Shown one piece after another: positions 6,013 to 15,286 of a stretch of 45,362 nt of DNA. The translations under genes were made by a program, and so were the position numbers. The stretch covers positions 1 to 45,362 of the IMG/VR virus record IMGVR_UViG_3300025387_000027; one strand, written 5' to 3'. The notes beneath the pieces were generated by a model. That model saw only the letters and a list, made by a program, of their open reading frames with translations, was not told the DNA's origin and made no database searches. How positions within the stretch are numbered: the stretch's first letter is position 1; each line of letters starts with the position of its first letter. This stretch comes from a virus (taxonomy: Duplodnaviria; Caudoviricetes).

Positions 6013-9000
6013 TCAGGCGTATTGACGGTATAGCGAAGCATCTGCCTGACAAATGGATATGAGCTAAAAGGAAGCATCCTTTCCGCCGCGTTCTTTTGCC
6101 CTTGAGCTATTCGCTGACCGCGATACATGGTCATGGGAATGCCAGCGACGGTGTTAATGTCTTCTACTAGACCAACCGTTGGCCCCATGACAGCGCCCAT
6201 AAGCGTCCTGTTTTGTATTCTTTGAGATTGGCGCTGAGCGCCTTCGTCAAATACTTGCAATGGGCTTTTAATAGGATTGAAGCCGGAAGCTTTCTCAATC
6301 GCGTTGGCGACCTCCATGCCGCCAGCAAGTATGCCGGAACGATCCAACCCTTCAGCAATCCACCAGCCAGGCTTTTTAGAAAAGTCAGGCTGTTTACCCT
6401 CTCTATTTCCAGAAATACCTTTAAGCCAAGTTGCCATCATGCCTATCGTAGACATGGCAATCATGCCGCCAAGAAAACGCGCCTGGTCTTCTTGTAAGCC
6501 CCTTAAAAGCACTCTTTGATGAGCAGACAGGGCAAAGCGGCGGAACTGCATCATAGCCGCGCCAACTGGCGTATTAACGAATAAGGGCACGTCAGCCACG
6601 CCGCTTGTCGTGATGATGGAGTCAACGTCTTTATTTATCGCGGCATAGAACGCTCTTTGGGCGTCTAGGTCTTTCCAATTGGCCGATTTAGCCACCTTTA
6701 CGCCATCTGTCAGATTGCCGTGTTGTTTAAACTGAGCGTCAATCTTGCTCGCCATGTTAGCGTCAATGCCAAGATAGGCCAGATAGGCTTTTTCTGTTTT
6801 AGAAATAGATCCGTAGTTTGCTGCATTTTGCAAGATACGGTTCTGAGTCATGACCGCAGCAATGGACTTCTGAAAGTCAGTAACCATGCGTATGCCGTTC
6901 CAAACGGAAGCTACGCTGGTCAGATTCTTCATTATCGCCTCTGTTGGCGACAAGGTAGAATAGGGGTCAGATATTTCTGACATAGTTGCCATCCTATGTC
7001 CAAGGGCTTGCTCAGCAATATTTCCAGCGAGCTTGGCCTCCTCAACAGACATTTTAATGCCGTCAAGGTTAGTTAATAGATGTCCCATTGTTTGCATATA
7101 TGGCATCAAGCCATGGACCATTGCAGGGCGAACTGTTTCTGACAGGGAGGCAAGAGAAGCCTCACCCATTGAGCGAATGTAATTGTAGTGCCTAGCAAGG
7201 CGGCTGACATGATCGAAGTTACGTTCCCAAGGATGGGCGAACTTTGAACCGACGCCACGCATAATATCCCAAACGCCTTCAATGTCTGTCAAATCGCTCT
7301 TGCGCGATATTTCCAGCGCCATACGTTGCTTTTCGTTAGCTGCGCGTTCGCTAAGCTGAGCATAATGAGCGTTAATTTCCTGCTTGATTTGCTCAATATC
7401 CAAATGACCAAACTTATTTGCCAGCTCAACGTCTGCTGACATCATACGAACATAACGCTCACCAACTCTGTCAATGTTGTCTTCCAGAAATTCCTCAATC
7501 CAATAATCAGGAATACCAAAAGTGCGCTCTTTAAGAGGACCGCGCGACTGGATCTTAATCAGCTCTGGGCGCGCAGTTCCTTCTGTGCGGCCTGTCAGCG
7601 TATTAAATACCTCATCAGCTATGTGACCAGAAACTTCGCCTGGCTCAATACCAAAACGCTCCTCGCGCTCTCTAATACGAGCCGCCTCATACTGACGAAG
7701 CTTTTCAGCCTTGCCAAACATTTCACCTTGCTGAGACATTTTAGTGATTGTGTCAGCAGTTTCCTTGTCAAAGTCGGCTTGCCATTTTGGCATAGACCGC
7801 TCTATCCACTGTTGAACAATTCGCTTAAACTTTGGCTCTTGAGCTATCAGCTTGTTTCGATTCCACATTCTCGAAAAATAGCTTGACGCTGTGTCTACAC
7901 TTACGTCTTTTGGCAGAAGCCCAGCTTTGATTGCTGCTTCTTTTAATGGATCAAATACGTCAGAACGCCATTTCTTAGCGACCGCCTGTATATATTGATT
8001 GTCAGATACGTCACCTCGACGCATGGCGCGTCCAACTAAATCCTGAAATTGTTCGCGTGTCAGGCGAGGGCCAGCGCTATTTGCTTTGGCATAATCAGCG
8101 TATGACTTATTCATAAACTCAACAGAACGGCGAAGACCGGCGTTCCATGTTTTCATAAAGGTTTCTGCCGCTGGCTCGCTGGCAACGCCTTCCATATTCT
8201 TTTTAAGATAAATTGGGTTTTCAAACATCTTTAAGCCGATCTCACGGACAACCGCAGATGGGCTATGAAGGACGCGGAGTAGGGGGGTAAATTGTGTCAT
8301 GCCGCCCTTTGTTGGGAAGCGTGACAAGTTAGCAATCGTTGATGCTATTTTACCGGCAATAGAATTGCCCTCTAAATCAGCAGGTAAAACAGCCGCCGCG
8401 CTAACGGAGGCAGGTTTAGAATTAAGATTTGTCTGGTCAAATATGTCAGGCTGCTGCGTATTAGCCTCATCAAACATACCGCCAGGTGGTTCATTGCCGC
8501 CAGTTAATGGGGCCTCCGCGCGTCGTTCAGCAAGCGCCTTATCGCTAATGCGCTCAGCGCCAGGTATTACGCCTTGCTGCTTTCCTTCTGCGCCTGTTTC
8601 GTATGTCTGGCTTGTTGAATTGTCTTCCAGCCGCTCAGAGCTATTTTGACCTTCTCCGCGTCCTCCGGCTTTAGATCCCCCTTCAGAGCTTTCTCCAGCC
8701 ACGCGATCAGCCTCGTCAACTGATGGTCTGAAAGTTTCAAACGTGGACGCGATGTCGTCAAGTGATCGTCTGAAAGTTTCAAACGTGGACGCGATGTCGT
8801 CATCTAATGGGTTCCTGACCTGAGAATTTATATCTATGGATGAAGCAAGGCGCTCAGTTGCCTCTGCAATTGCGTCGTCTGGCTCAAGATCGTCATGGAT
8901 CATAAGCTCAGCAGCTCGGTCAATAATAGACTTATGAGTGCCGTATCCAGAATAAAGTTGCGTCAGCTCGTTTATGTTAGCCTTTAATCGGCGCTCAAAC

Positions 9001-11729
9001 TCACGACCGCGAGCCTGAAACTGGCTTTCCAAAGCCCTGTCTTGATCTTTTAATTTGTAAACAGGCTCATCTGACAGGACAGCTCTAACAAGATCGTCAG
9101 GCGTTGAGTCAGCAGGTAAATAACCTTGCTCCTCTGCCATTTCTCTCATGCGGTCAAGCGCGTGACCTTTCCTATTTACTAAGCCTGGAAAACGCTTGTG
9201 AATGTCAGCGGCTTTAAGTTCGCCCTTCCAATCTTTAATTCCGCCTTGAGCGCGTATAAAGCCTATTAATGTTTGCGGCTCTTTTACAGCCGTTGGCTTT
9301 TCATTGAGTATGCTTGAGACTTCGGTAATGTCTTGGTGGATTGGAGAAACCTCAACAGCGCCGCTTATCTGTTCTGGCGCAGTTACCGCCTCCGATTTCA
9401 TGTATTGATTAGCGTATTGAGAAAGACGATCAAGAAGTAATCTTGCGTCTTCCGCGTCACCGCCAACTCTCTTTTCTGTGTATGCTACCGTCTCTTTTAA
9501 GATTGGATATGGGTCGATATTATTCGCCTGCATATCCTCAATAGTTCTTGCTAACGAAAGAACTGCTATACGCTGCGTTTCTGAGTGTGATGATATTGGC
9601 GCAGAAATATCTGGCAGATCAGGAGCCGTCCAAGCAAGCTCCCTTGCTAGATTGTCAATGTCAGCTTTTGCACCGCTCTTGGCTTCGTCAACAGCAAACT
9701 CAAGATTAGATAGACGATCACGAAGAGATTGAAGGCTTTCTGTGTTTATGATCCGATAGTTGTCCGTCCCATAAATAACTCCCATCGCTTCTTTGGCTTC
9801 CGGCGTGTCATATGAGCCAAACTTTTCGTATATAATGTCGTCTATCTTGTCTGTATTCCCTTTACGCAGGAATCCTTTAATCTTGTCGGCTTCTTCGCCA
9901 AATAGCCGATCAATAAGCTCGCCTTCATATCTCTTTCCAGCATCAATCAGCGCGTCTATCTCCTCAGTTTTTGGAGCAGACGATAAGCGCATTGTGTCGA
10001 TTGAGCCTGACTTAAGAGCGCCAGGTATGTCAGAAAGCATTTGAGAAGCTGTCAGCGGCTTATTATTAATATTAGCATCGCCAATAATCACATCGCCGGA
10101 TTGCTGCTTAGCTGCGACGGTTTGAGGGCCAGCTTCAAAATTTACACCGTTAAATTGTTGATCTTTTGGCGCTTCACCTAAAGCTTTAATTATTTTCTTG
10201 TCGAGAACAACAACCTGATCTTGAGCTAATTCGCTGTTTATTTTTTTGTAGGAATGAGCTGCTGAATCAGAAAGCTCGAAATGGCTAATACCATCTTCTT
10301 TCATGCGTTCTATGAATTTATCTAATCCTTCGCCTTCGATGGCATCTAAAGTTTTTCCATCATGGTGTTTTTGTTTCCATTCATTAAGAAGAATTTCTTG
10401 ATCTTGCTTGTCTAACTCATCAAATGGTATTCTTTCTCGAATACCTTTTTTTGCGGCATCTTTATTAAACCCATATTTTTCCGCATAATAATTATCTATA
10501 TTTTCAGTATTTTTAAAAAATCCTTGAATTATTATACTGTCGTGTCCAGACTTACTGGCGTAATCTTTCAGTTCTATTGGTGTTAATATTTCATTATCAG
10601 CCAAGCCAATTTTTGATCGTATAGTAGCCACGGTTTCTGGCGTAACAAGCAAACCATTTTTTGGGCTAAATTTAACATTTATAACCTTGCCAACAGCCCA
10701 CCGGCCCATGCCAGAACCGCCGTCATTAGTCCAAACTCCGTTGTTGTCTAAATAAACAGAGTCACCAAAATTCCCACCATCATCATCATATCTGCGGCCT
10801 TCGTAACTATCGACAAACTCATAAGTTCCAGTTTTCCCAAACGCCTCTGAAGCTTGCTTGTTTAGCCCATGACGTAGCTCAAACTCGCCTGACACGGAAA
10901 GATGAGGTTCGCTTGCCGTTTCTTCGCCTGGCATAACACTTACTTCGCCAGCAACATTTGCTTCCGGCTTTGCGCTAGAAACTAGCGGCGGCATTTCTCT
11001 TGGCGTGACAGGCAGCATGTCAGCGCTTGTCAGCGGAGCCTCGCCCATCAAATGACGGCTTAATGCCTCTTCACTGGCTCTATATTCAGCGCCGCTTAGA
11101 AGCTTGCCGCCAGCAGCGCCTAACAGGCTACCAAGGATTACAGATGCGCCAATTCCATTAATGGACTCTTCCGGCGTTCTGGTTTGCTGAATAGATTGTA
11201 GAGCGCCTTCTTGAACGCCAGCAGACACGCCAGCAAGAGCGCCTGTTGTGGCGGCTGTGCGTAATATAGAAACGCCGCCTTTAGCGCTTCTTACAATAGC
11301 GCCGCCTGGGAGTAATGACGGCCAGTCAAGTGCGCCAGCAGCTATTTGAGCAGGAACGGACTTATACCATGGAGCTGTCGCTAAAGTTCTTCTGTCAGCT
11401 TCTTCTTGGTCGATCTGCGCTTTACGCATATCAAAAGCAGCTTGATTATGCGTGTCAGCAAATCTATCCCAATGAAGCATATAAGGCGTATCTTTGACCT
11501 GACTCCAAGGGTCAAAACCTTCCTCTTGTTGAGTAGGCAAGAACTTGTCTTTTTGCGATAGATAAGAGCCAATTGTATTTTGTTGTCTAAAAGCAGCTCC
11601 CATAATTTCATCGCCAGCAGGCGCGTCAGATCCTTGCTCAACATCCTCTAAGCCAGGCGTGACATATGCCTTATCTGGCCGCCCAATGATTGAATCAATG
11701 GAGCCTGGTGTTATCTCAACAATTGGCAT
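6009..11729 (-). CDS. Large internal virion (DNA ejection) protein with polyvalent-type inserts
   Basis: 1906 aa, last of three internal virion genes after tail tubular B; Ala/Gly-rich hydrophobic N-terminal segment, long helical C-terminus, ART-like insert at about 10180-10885. Confidence 0.8.
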   Translation of the reverse strand: MPIVEITPGSIDSIIGRPDKAYVTPGLEDVEQGSDAPAGDEIMGAAFRQQNTIGSYLSQKDKFLPTQQEEGFDPWSQVKDTPYMLHWDRFADTHNQAAFDMRKAQIDQEEADRRTLATAPWYKSVPAQIAAGALDWPSLLPGGAIVRSAKGGVSILRTAATTGALAGVSAGVQEGALQSIQQTRTPEESINGIGASVILGSLLGAAGGKLLSGAEYRASEEALSRHLMGEAPLTSADMLPVTPREMPPLVSSAKPEANVAGEVSVMPGEETASEPHLSVSGEFELRHGLNKQASEAFGKTGTYEFVDSYEGRRYDDDGGNFGDSVYLDNNGVWTNDGGSGMGRWAVGKVINVKFSPKNGLLVTPETVATIRSKIGLADNEILTPIELKDYASKSGHDSIIIQGFFKNTENIDNYYAEKYGFNKDAAKKGIRERIPFDELDKQDQEILLNEWKQKHHDGKTLDAIEGEGLDKFIERMKEDGISHFELSDSAAHSYKKINSELAQDQVVVLDKKIIKALGEAPKDQQFNGVNFEAGPQTVAAKQQSGDVIIGDANINNKPLTASQMLSDIPGALKSGSIDTMRLSSAPKTEEIDALIDAGKRYEGELIDRLFGEEADKIKGFLRKGNTDKIDDIIYEKFGSYDTPEAKEAMGVIYGTDNYRIINTESLQSLRDRLSNLEFAVDEAKSGAKADIDNLARELAWTAPDLPDISAPISSHSETQRIAVLSLARTIEDMQANNIDPYPILKETVAYTEKRVGGDAEDARLLLDRLSQYANQYMKSEAVTAPEQISGAVEVSPIHQDITEVSSILNEKPTAVKEPQTLIGFIRAQGGIKDWKGELKAADIHKRFPGLVNRKGHALDRMREMAEEQGYLPADSTPDDLVRAVLSDEPVYKLKDQDRALESQFQARGREFERRLKANINELTQLYSGYGTHKSIIDRAAELMIHDDLEPDDAIAEATERLASSIDINSQVRNPLDDDIASTFETFRRSLDDIASTFETFRPSVDEADRVAGESSEGGSKAGGRGEGQNSSERLEDNSTSQTYETGAEGKQQGVIPGAERISDKALAERRAEAPLTGGNEPPGGMFDEANTQQPDIFDQTNLNSKPASVSAAAVLPADLEGNSIAGKIASTIANLSRFPTKGGMTQFTPLLRVLHSPSAVVREIGLKMFENPIYLKKNMEGVASEPAAETFMKTWNAGLRRSVEFMNKSYADYAKANSAGPRLTREQFQDLVGRAMRRGDVSDNQYIQAVAKKWRSDVFDPLKEAAIKAGLLPKDVSVDTASSYFSRMWNRNKLIAQEPKFKRIVQQWIERSMPKWQADFDKETADTITKMSQQGEMFGKAEKLRQYEAARIREREERFGIEPGEVSGHIADEVFNTLTGRTEGTARPELIKIQSRGPLKERTFGIPDYWIEEFLEDNIDRVGERYVRMMSADVELANKFGHLDIEQIKQEINAHYAQLSERAANEKQRMALEISRKSDLTDIEGVWDIMRGVGSKFAHPWERNFDHVSRLARHYNYIRSMGEASLASLSETVRPAMVHGLMPYMQTMGHLLTNLDGIKMSVEEAKLAGNIAEQALGHRMATMSEISDPYSTLSPTEAIMKNLTSVASVWNGIRMVTDFQKSIAAVMTQNRILQNAANYGSISKTEKAYLAYLGIDANMASKIDAQFKQHGNLTDGVKVAKSANWKDLDAQRAFYAAINKDVDSIITTSGVADVPLFVNTPVGAAMMQFRRFALSAHQRVLLRGLQEDQARFLGGMIAMSTIGMMATWLKGISGNREGKQPDFSKKPGWWIAEGLDRSGILAGGMEVANAIEKASGFNPIKSPLQVFDEGAQRQSQRIQNRTLMGAVMGPTVGLVEDINTVAGIPMTMYRGQRIAQGQKNAAERMLPFSSYPFVRQMLRYTVNTPD
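8713..8802. repeat. In-frame 42-bp tandem duplication
   Basis: 35 identical nt at 8726-8760 and 8768-8802; encodes DDIASTFETFR twice. Confidence 0.95.
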
Positions 11730-11740
11730 TAATTTACCGC

Positions 11741-14143
11741 CTAAAATTTAGCAGCTAAAGAACTGACAGGAGGCAGTGCCCTCTGATGGTAATTGGAAAC
11801 CTCATTTATTCCATGCTGTTTTACAGCTTCATGCAGAGCATCAATGTCAGGAACGAAAGCTAGGCCAGGATTAAGAGCTTGACGTATGCCATTTTTATCA
11901 GTCCAAAAAACCTGATATGGAGGAGGCTGATTGCTCCAGTAGGCTTTTGATGTCACGCCGCCATCAATTGGCTGAAGCTCAATTGTAGAGCGATCAACAT
12001 CGTGTCCTGTATGCGCCTTAATTTCTGACACGACCTGATTTGCCAAAAGCTCAGAAACATTGGGAATAAATCTTAGAGCAGGGGATTTTTCTGGTGGATA
12101 GCGCATGGCGACTTCTTTGCCATTAATATTTGTAACCCCCCAAACTCTATTAAATTGATTTTTAGCTAAATTCCTCGACAGTTTATAATCGCCGTTATTG
12201 TCGTAATTTTCTCTAATAAGAGATTTGTAATCTTCAACAACAACTTGACGATCACCTTCTCTAAACGCAATTTGAGCTGGACTTGTTCTTAATCCAAAAA
12301 ATGATGGCGATCCAAAGTGCTTTTCAAGATCTGCTTGCAAAACGCCGTCTTGCTCATCTTTAGCAATATCTTTGTTAAAACCATATGTGTCTGCCTGCTT
12401 TTTCATTTTTTCTTTGTAAGCAGGATCGCGCTCTTGGATTATTTTTCTGGCAGCTTCATCTGAAGTTAATCCTCGATAATCAACATAATGCTGAAATTTA
12501 GAAGCCGTATCCTGAATGTCTTTTGCGCCAGGATCAGGATCAAAAATAGCATTATTGCGCTGCATAAGGTTAAGCGCAATACCAGCAGATTGAGCAACTT
12601 TGTCTGGATCGTCAGAATTAATCCCCATCCGAATACCGCTCGAAGCAGCAGGAGGAAGGGCTTTTGTTTTATCAACTATAAGGGTCATGGCTTGCGCTGG
12701 ATTATCGCCACGAGTAATCATTTCACCATATGCCAGATCAAGCGTCTTTTTACCTTCGCTGTCATACGGATTAATTACCGTTCCGCTGTTCACAGCATTT
12801 ATTGCTGTATCAACAGCCATTTGAACTTTATTAGCATGAGCTATTTGAGCGTCTTGCTGCGCAATTCTATTTTCTGCGTGATACGCCATAGCATGAGCGT
12901 CAGCAGGATCTATTAATGAGGCTATTCGCGTATCTAAAGGCGTTCCTGTTCCTGTCGTTTGACCAAATATTTCTCGACCATAACGCAAGCGTTGAGCGCC
13001 GCCTTTAGCTACACCTAATCCACCCTTAAAGCCTTCAGGCCGCTCATATTGCAAGCCAGCGCTAACAGCTTCGTCGATATTTCTGGATGTTCTTAAAGCA
13101 TTTCCAGCAGCCGCCTCAGAGCCGGTAAGCTCATGCTGAGCAAAAGCAAGCTGAATACCAAGGTCATTCCATGGCTTTCCATTGGCAGCGGCAAACTTTT
13201 TTAAGTCTTTAGCTCGGCTGCCATTCCATTGACCTATGCCAATACTGTCAGATCCGTCAGCGCCGTCCCCTGGGTTAATTGCATTAGGATCTAGCCGACC
13301 GCCGCTTTCATGTAAAAAGTGCGCCATAATGGCGGATGCTTGATGGGGTTGCCATCCTTGCGACTGAAAGTAACCTACGCCCTGCTTAATTGCTTCATTG
13401 ACGTTAGTAGGTCTTAGCAGACGGATTTGGACATCATCAGGCTGCATACCAACCCAAGATTTACCAAAATCGCTCGCCCACTTTTCTTTTGCGTTATGAG
13501 CAAATTCATTATTCCAAAATCCTTTAGCAACGCCAGTATCAATTAATGGGCCTGCTTGACTGACAAGCTCTGCCGTCATTTTAGGATCGTTGGTGCTTAA
13601 TCCTGCTTTTCTTAAGTCGTCAAGTTTTTTCAAAAGCACGGCTTTATCAGCATCAGTTACAATCGTGCTAACGCGACCATTAGCTTTTTGTATGCCATCT
13701 TGAACCTGATTTGCTGCCCAATCATCAAATATGGGTCGTAAATGATCTGGTAAAGAACTAGAAGCTGTTAATGCGGCTGTCTGATATGCGCCTGGGTAGT
13801 TTTGAGCAATTCTTGCTGGATCTGTTTCTGTTTGCGCTTGTTCGTCTAAATTGTTTTTATCAAGCAGGAAATTGGTTCTTGCATTGGTTAATGCAACATG
13901 ATTTTCCACACGTTGCTGATCTTCTAAATACTGCAATCCAGTAACAGCAGCCTTCGTAATTCCTTGCCCTAGCGCTTCTCCTCCACGTGCTTGCGCTTCG
14001 CCTAATGCCATTTGCTGACGCCCAATATCACGCATGTCAACGCGAGCGTCTGGGACAAATGGTGTAGGGTAATTATGAGCGCCGCTACCAGGGTCGAGTC
14101 TGGGGGCGCTTCCTAATGATGTAATGTCAGGAAGAGTTGGCAT
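11741..14143 (-). CDS. Internal virion protein with phage tail lysozyme (Phage_lysozyme2-like) domain
   Basis: ASAIMAHFLHESGG...SIGIGQWNGSR...QLAFAQHEL...YERP at about 12970-13400; position in the ejection-protein cluster. Confidence 0.82.
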   Translation of the reverse strand: MPTLPDITSLGSAPRLDPGSGAHNYPTPFVPDARVDMRDIGRQQMALGEAQARGGEALGQGITKAAVTGLQYLEDQQRVENHVALTNARTNFLLDKNNLDEQAQTETDPARIAQNYPGAYQTAALTASSSLPDHLRPIFDDWAANQVQDGIQKANGRVSTIVTDADKAVLLKKLDDLRKAGLSTNDPKMTAELVSQAGPLIDTGVAKGFWNNEFAHNAKEKWASDFGKSWVGMQPDDVQIRLLRPTNVNEAIKQGVGYFQSQGWQPHQASAIMAHFLHESGGRLDPNAINPGDGADGSDSIGIGQWNGSRAKDLKKFAAANGKPWNDLGIQLAFAQHELTGSEAAAGNALRTSRNIDEAVSAGLQYERPEGFKGGLGVAKGGAQRLRYGREIFGQTTGTGTPLDTRIASLIDPADAHAMAYHAENRIAQQDAQIAHANKVQMAVDTAINAVNSGTVINPYDSEGKKTLDLAYGEMITRGDNPAQAMTLIVDKTKALPPAASSGIRMGINSDDPDKVAQSAGIALNLMQRNNAIFDPDPGAKDIQDTASKFQHYVDYRGLTSDEAARKIIQERDPAYKEKMKKQADTYGFNKDIAKDEQDGVLQADLEKHFGSPSFFGLRTSPAQIAFREGDRQVVVEDYKSLIRENYDNNGDYKLSRNLAKNQFNRVWGVTNINGKEVAMRYPPEKSPALRFIPNVSELLANQVVSEIKAHTGHDVDRSTIELQPIDGGVTSKAYWSNQPPPYQVFWTDKNGIRQALNPGLAFVPDIDALHEAVKQHGINEVSNYHQRALPPVSSLAAKF

Positions 14144-14165
14144 TAATAATCCTGCCTTTAAAATA

Positions 14166-14915
14166 TTATCTTGATACTGGATTAGATGCAGCGCCGCTTA
14201 AATCTATTGGAGTTCCGACGCCAGTTGTATTCCCATTCCAATTTGAATAAGGGCTTTGAGACTGTTTATATGCCAACCCTATATTTGCTGCATTGCCAAG
14301 CAATGTCCCACCTGCATTCATGTATCCATTTTTTCGAATCATACTTGCATTGGCACGATCAATATTTCCTTGAGCTAAAGCTTGTATGCCAGCAGCATTA
14401 TAATTTCCTGCCTGCTGTCGTAATGCGGCAGCCTGTTGTTGAGCGCCGTATAAAGCAATATTTCCTTGATCTATCGCTGCATTTCTGGCTGTTTGACCGT
14501 TATATAAATCAACGAGTGTGTTGTATCTGCTTTGGCCACCAACCTGGCCTGCGAGCATAACTGTGCCAGTATCAGAAGCCGTCCCACCTCCAGATGCAGC
14601 TTCGGCTTGAAGCTTTGACAAAGCAAGCTTACCTTGTAGTGCATCTTGACTAGCTTGAGCCTGGGCTGAAGCTAAAGCGTTATCACCTTGGTAATCTGCT
14701 GCCTGCTTTTCATATTGTCCTTCCAGCAATGCGTTTTCAGCTTGTTTATTTGCATAGTCAGCTTGAGCTTGTTGTAAGATAAAGTTAAAAGGGGCCATTG
14801 CCATCATGTTATTAGAAGCGGCGGCAGAAGCATTAGATCCTGCTATTGTATTATAGGCGCTTATGCCGCTACTAGCTAAGCCAGCGATAGCGGCGGCCGC
14901 TGCAAGGTCAGGCAT
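14166..14915 (-). CDS. Internal virion protein (T7 gp14-like position)
   Basis: Ala/Gln/Gly-rich with hydrophobic N-terminus, AASGG motif, synteny. Confidence 0.7.
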   Translation of the reverse strand: MPDLAAAAAIAGLASSGISAYNTIAGSNASAAASNNMMAMAPFNFILQQAQADYANKQAENALLEGQYEKQAADYQGDNALASAQAQASQDALQGKLALSKLQAEAASGGGTASDTGTVMLAGQVGGQSRYNTLVDLYNGQTARNAAIDQGNIALYGAQQQAAALRQQAGNYNAAGIQALAQGNIDRANASMIRKNGYMNAGGTLLGNAANIGLAYKQSQSPYSNWNGNTTGVGTPIDLSGAASNPVSR

Positions 14916-15286
14916 TATTTAATCTCCAATATCCAAAGCTTGATGCCGCCAATTTCACTTAATTTAAAACCAAACCGTTTTAACCATCTAATAGATGCTG
15001 GTGTTTGATCTTCTGAATAACTGGCGACTATTTGTTTAAAATTGTGTTCTTTAACCCAATTAACAATCCTATGACCTGCTTTATGCAACGCGATAGGATT
15101 ATTTCTGGCTTCGTCCGTAAGCTCAGAAAACGCAAGCTTCAGACCATTGGGTAAAAATGCAATTCCACCCAATGCTATAATTTTGCCTTGCTCATTTCTG
15201 CCTGTTAATGACACAACGCGATAAGGTGGTTGTTCCCTAAATTCTACAAAGTCAGCCCCAGTCGACCAATCAACGCGCATGACCAT
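14915..15286 (-). CDS. GNAT-fold virion assembly protein (T7 gp13-like)
   Basis: IIALGGI and ASIRWLKRFGFK motifs; directly downstream of tail tubular B. Confidence 0.7.
   Translation of the reverse strand: MVMRVDWSTGADFVEFREQPPYRVVSLTGRNEQGKIIALGGIAFLPNGLKLAFSELTDEARNNPIALHKAGHRIVNWVKEHNFKQIVASYSEDQTPASIRWLKRFGFKLSEIGGIKLWILEIK

Noticed and set aside
8713-8802. DGR template/variable repeat pair (BPP-1-like head module prompted the check)
   Set aside because: Tandem, short, mismatches are C/G rather than adenine-specific, and no reverse transcriptase is in the window
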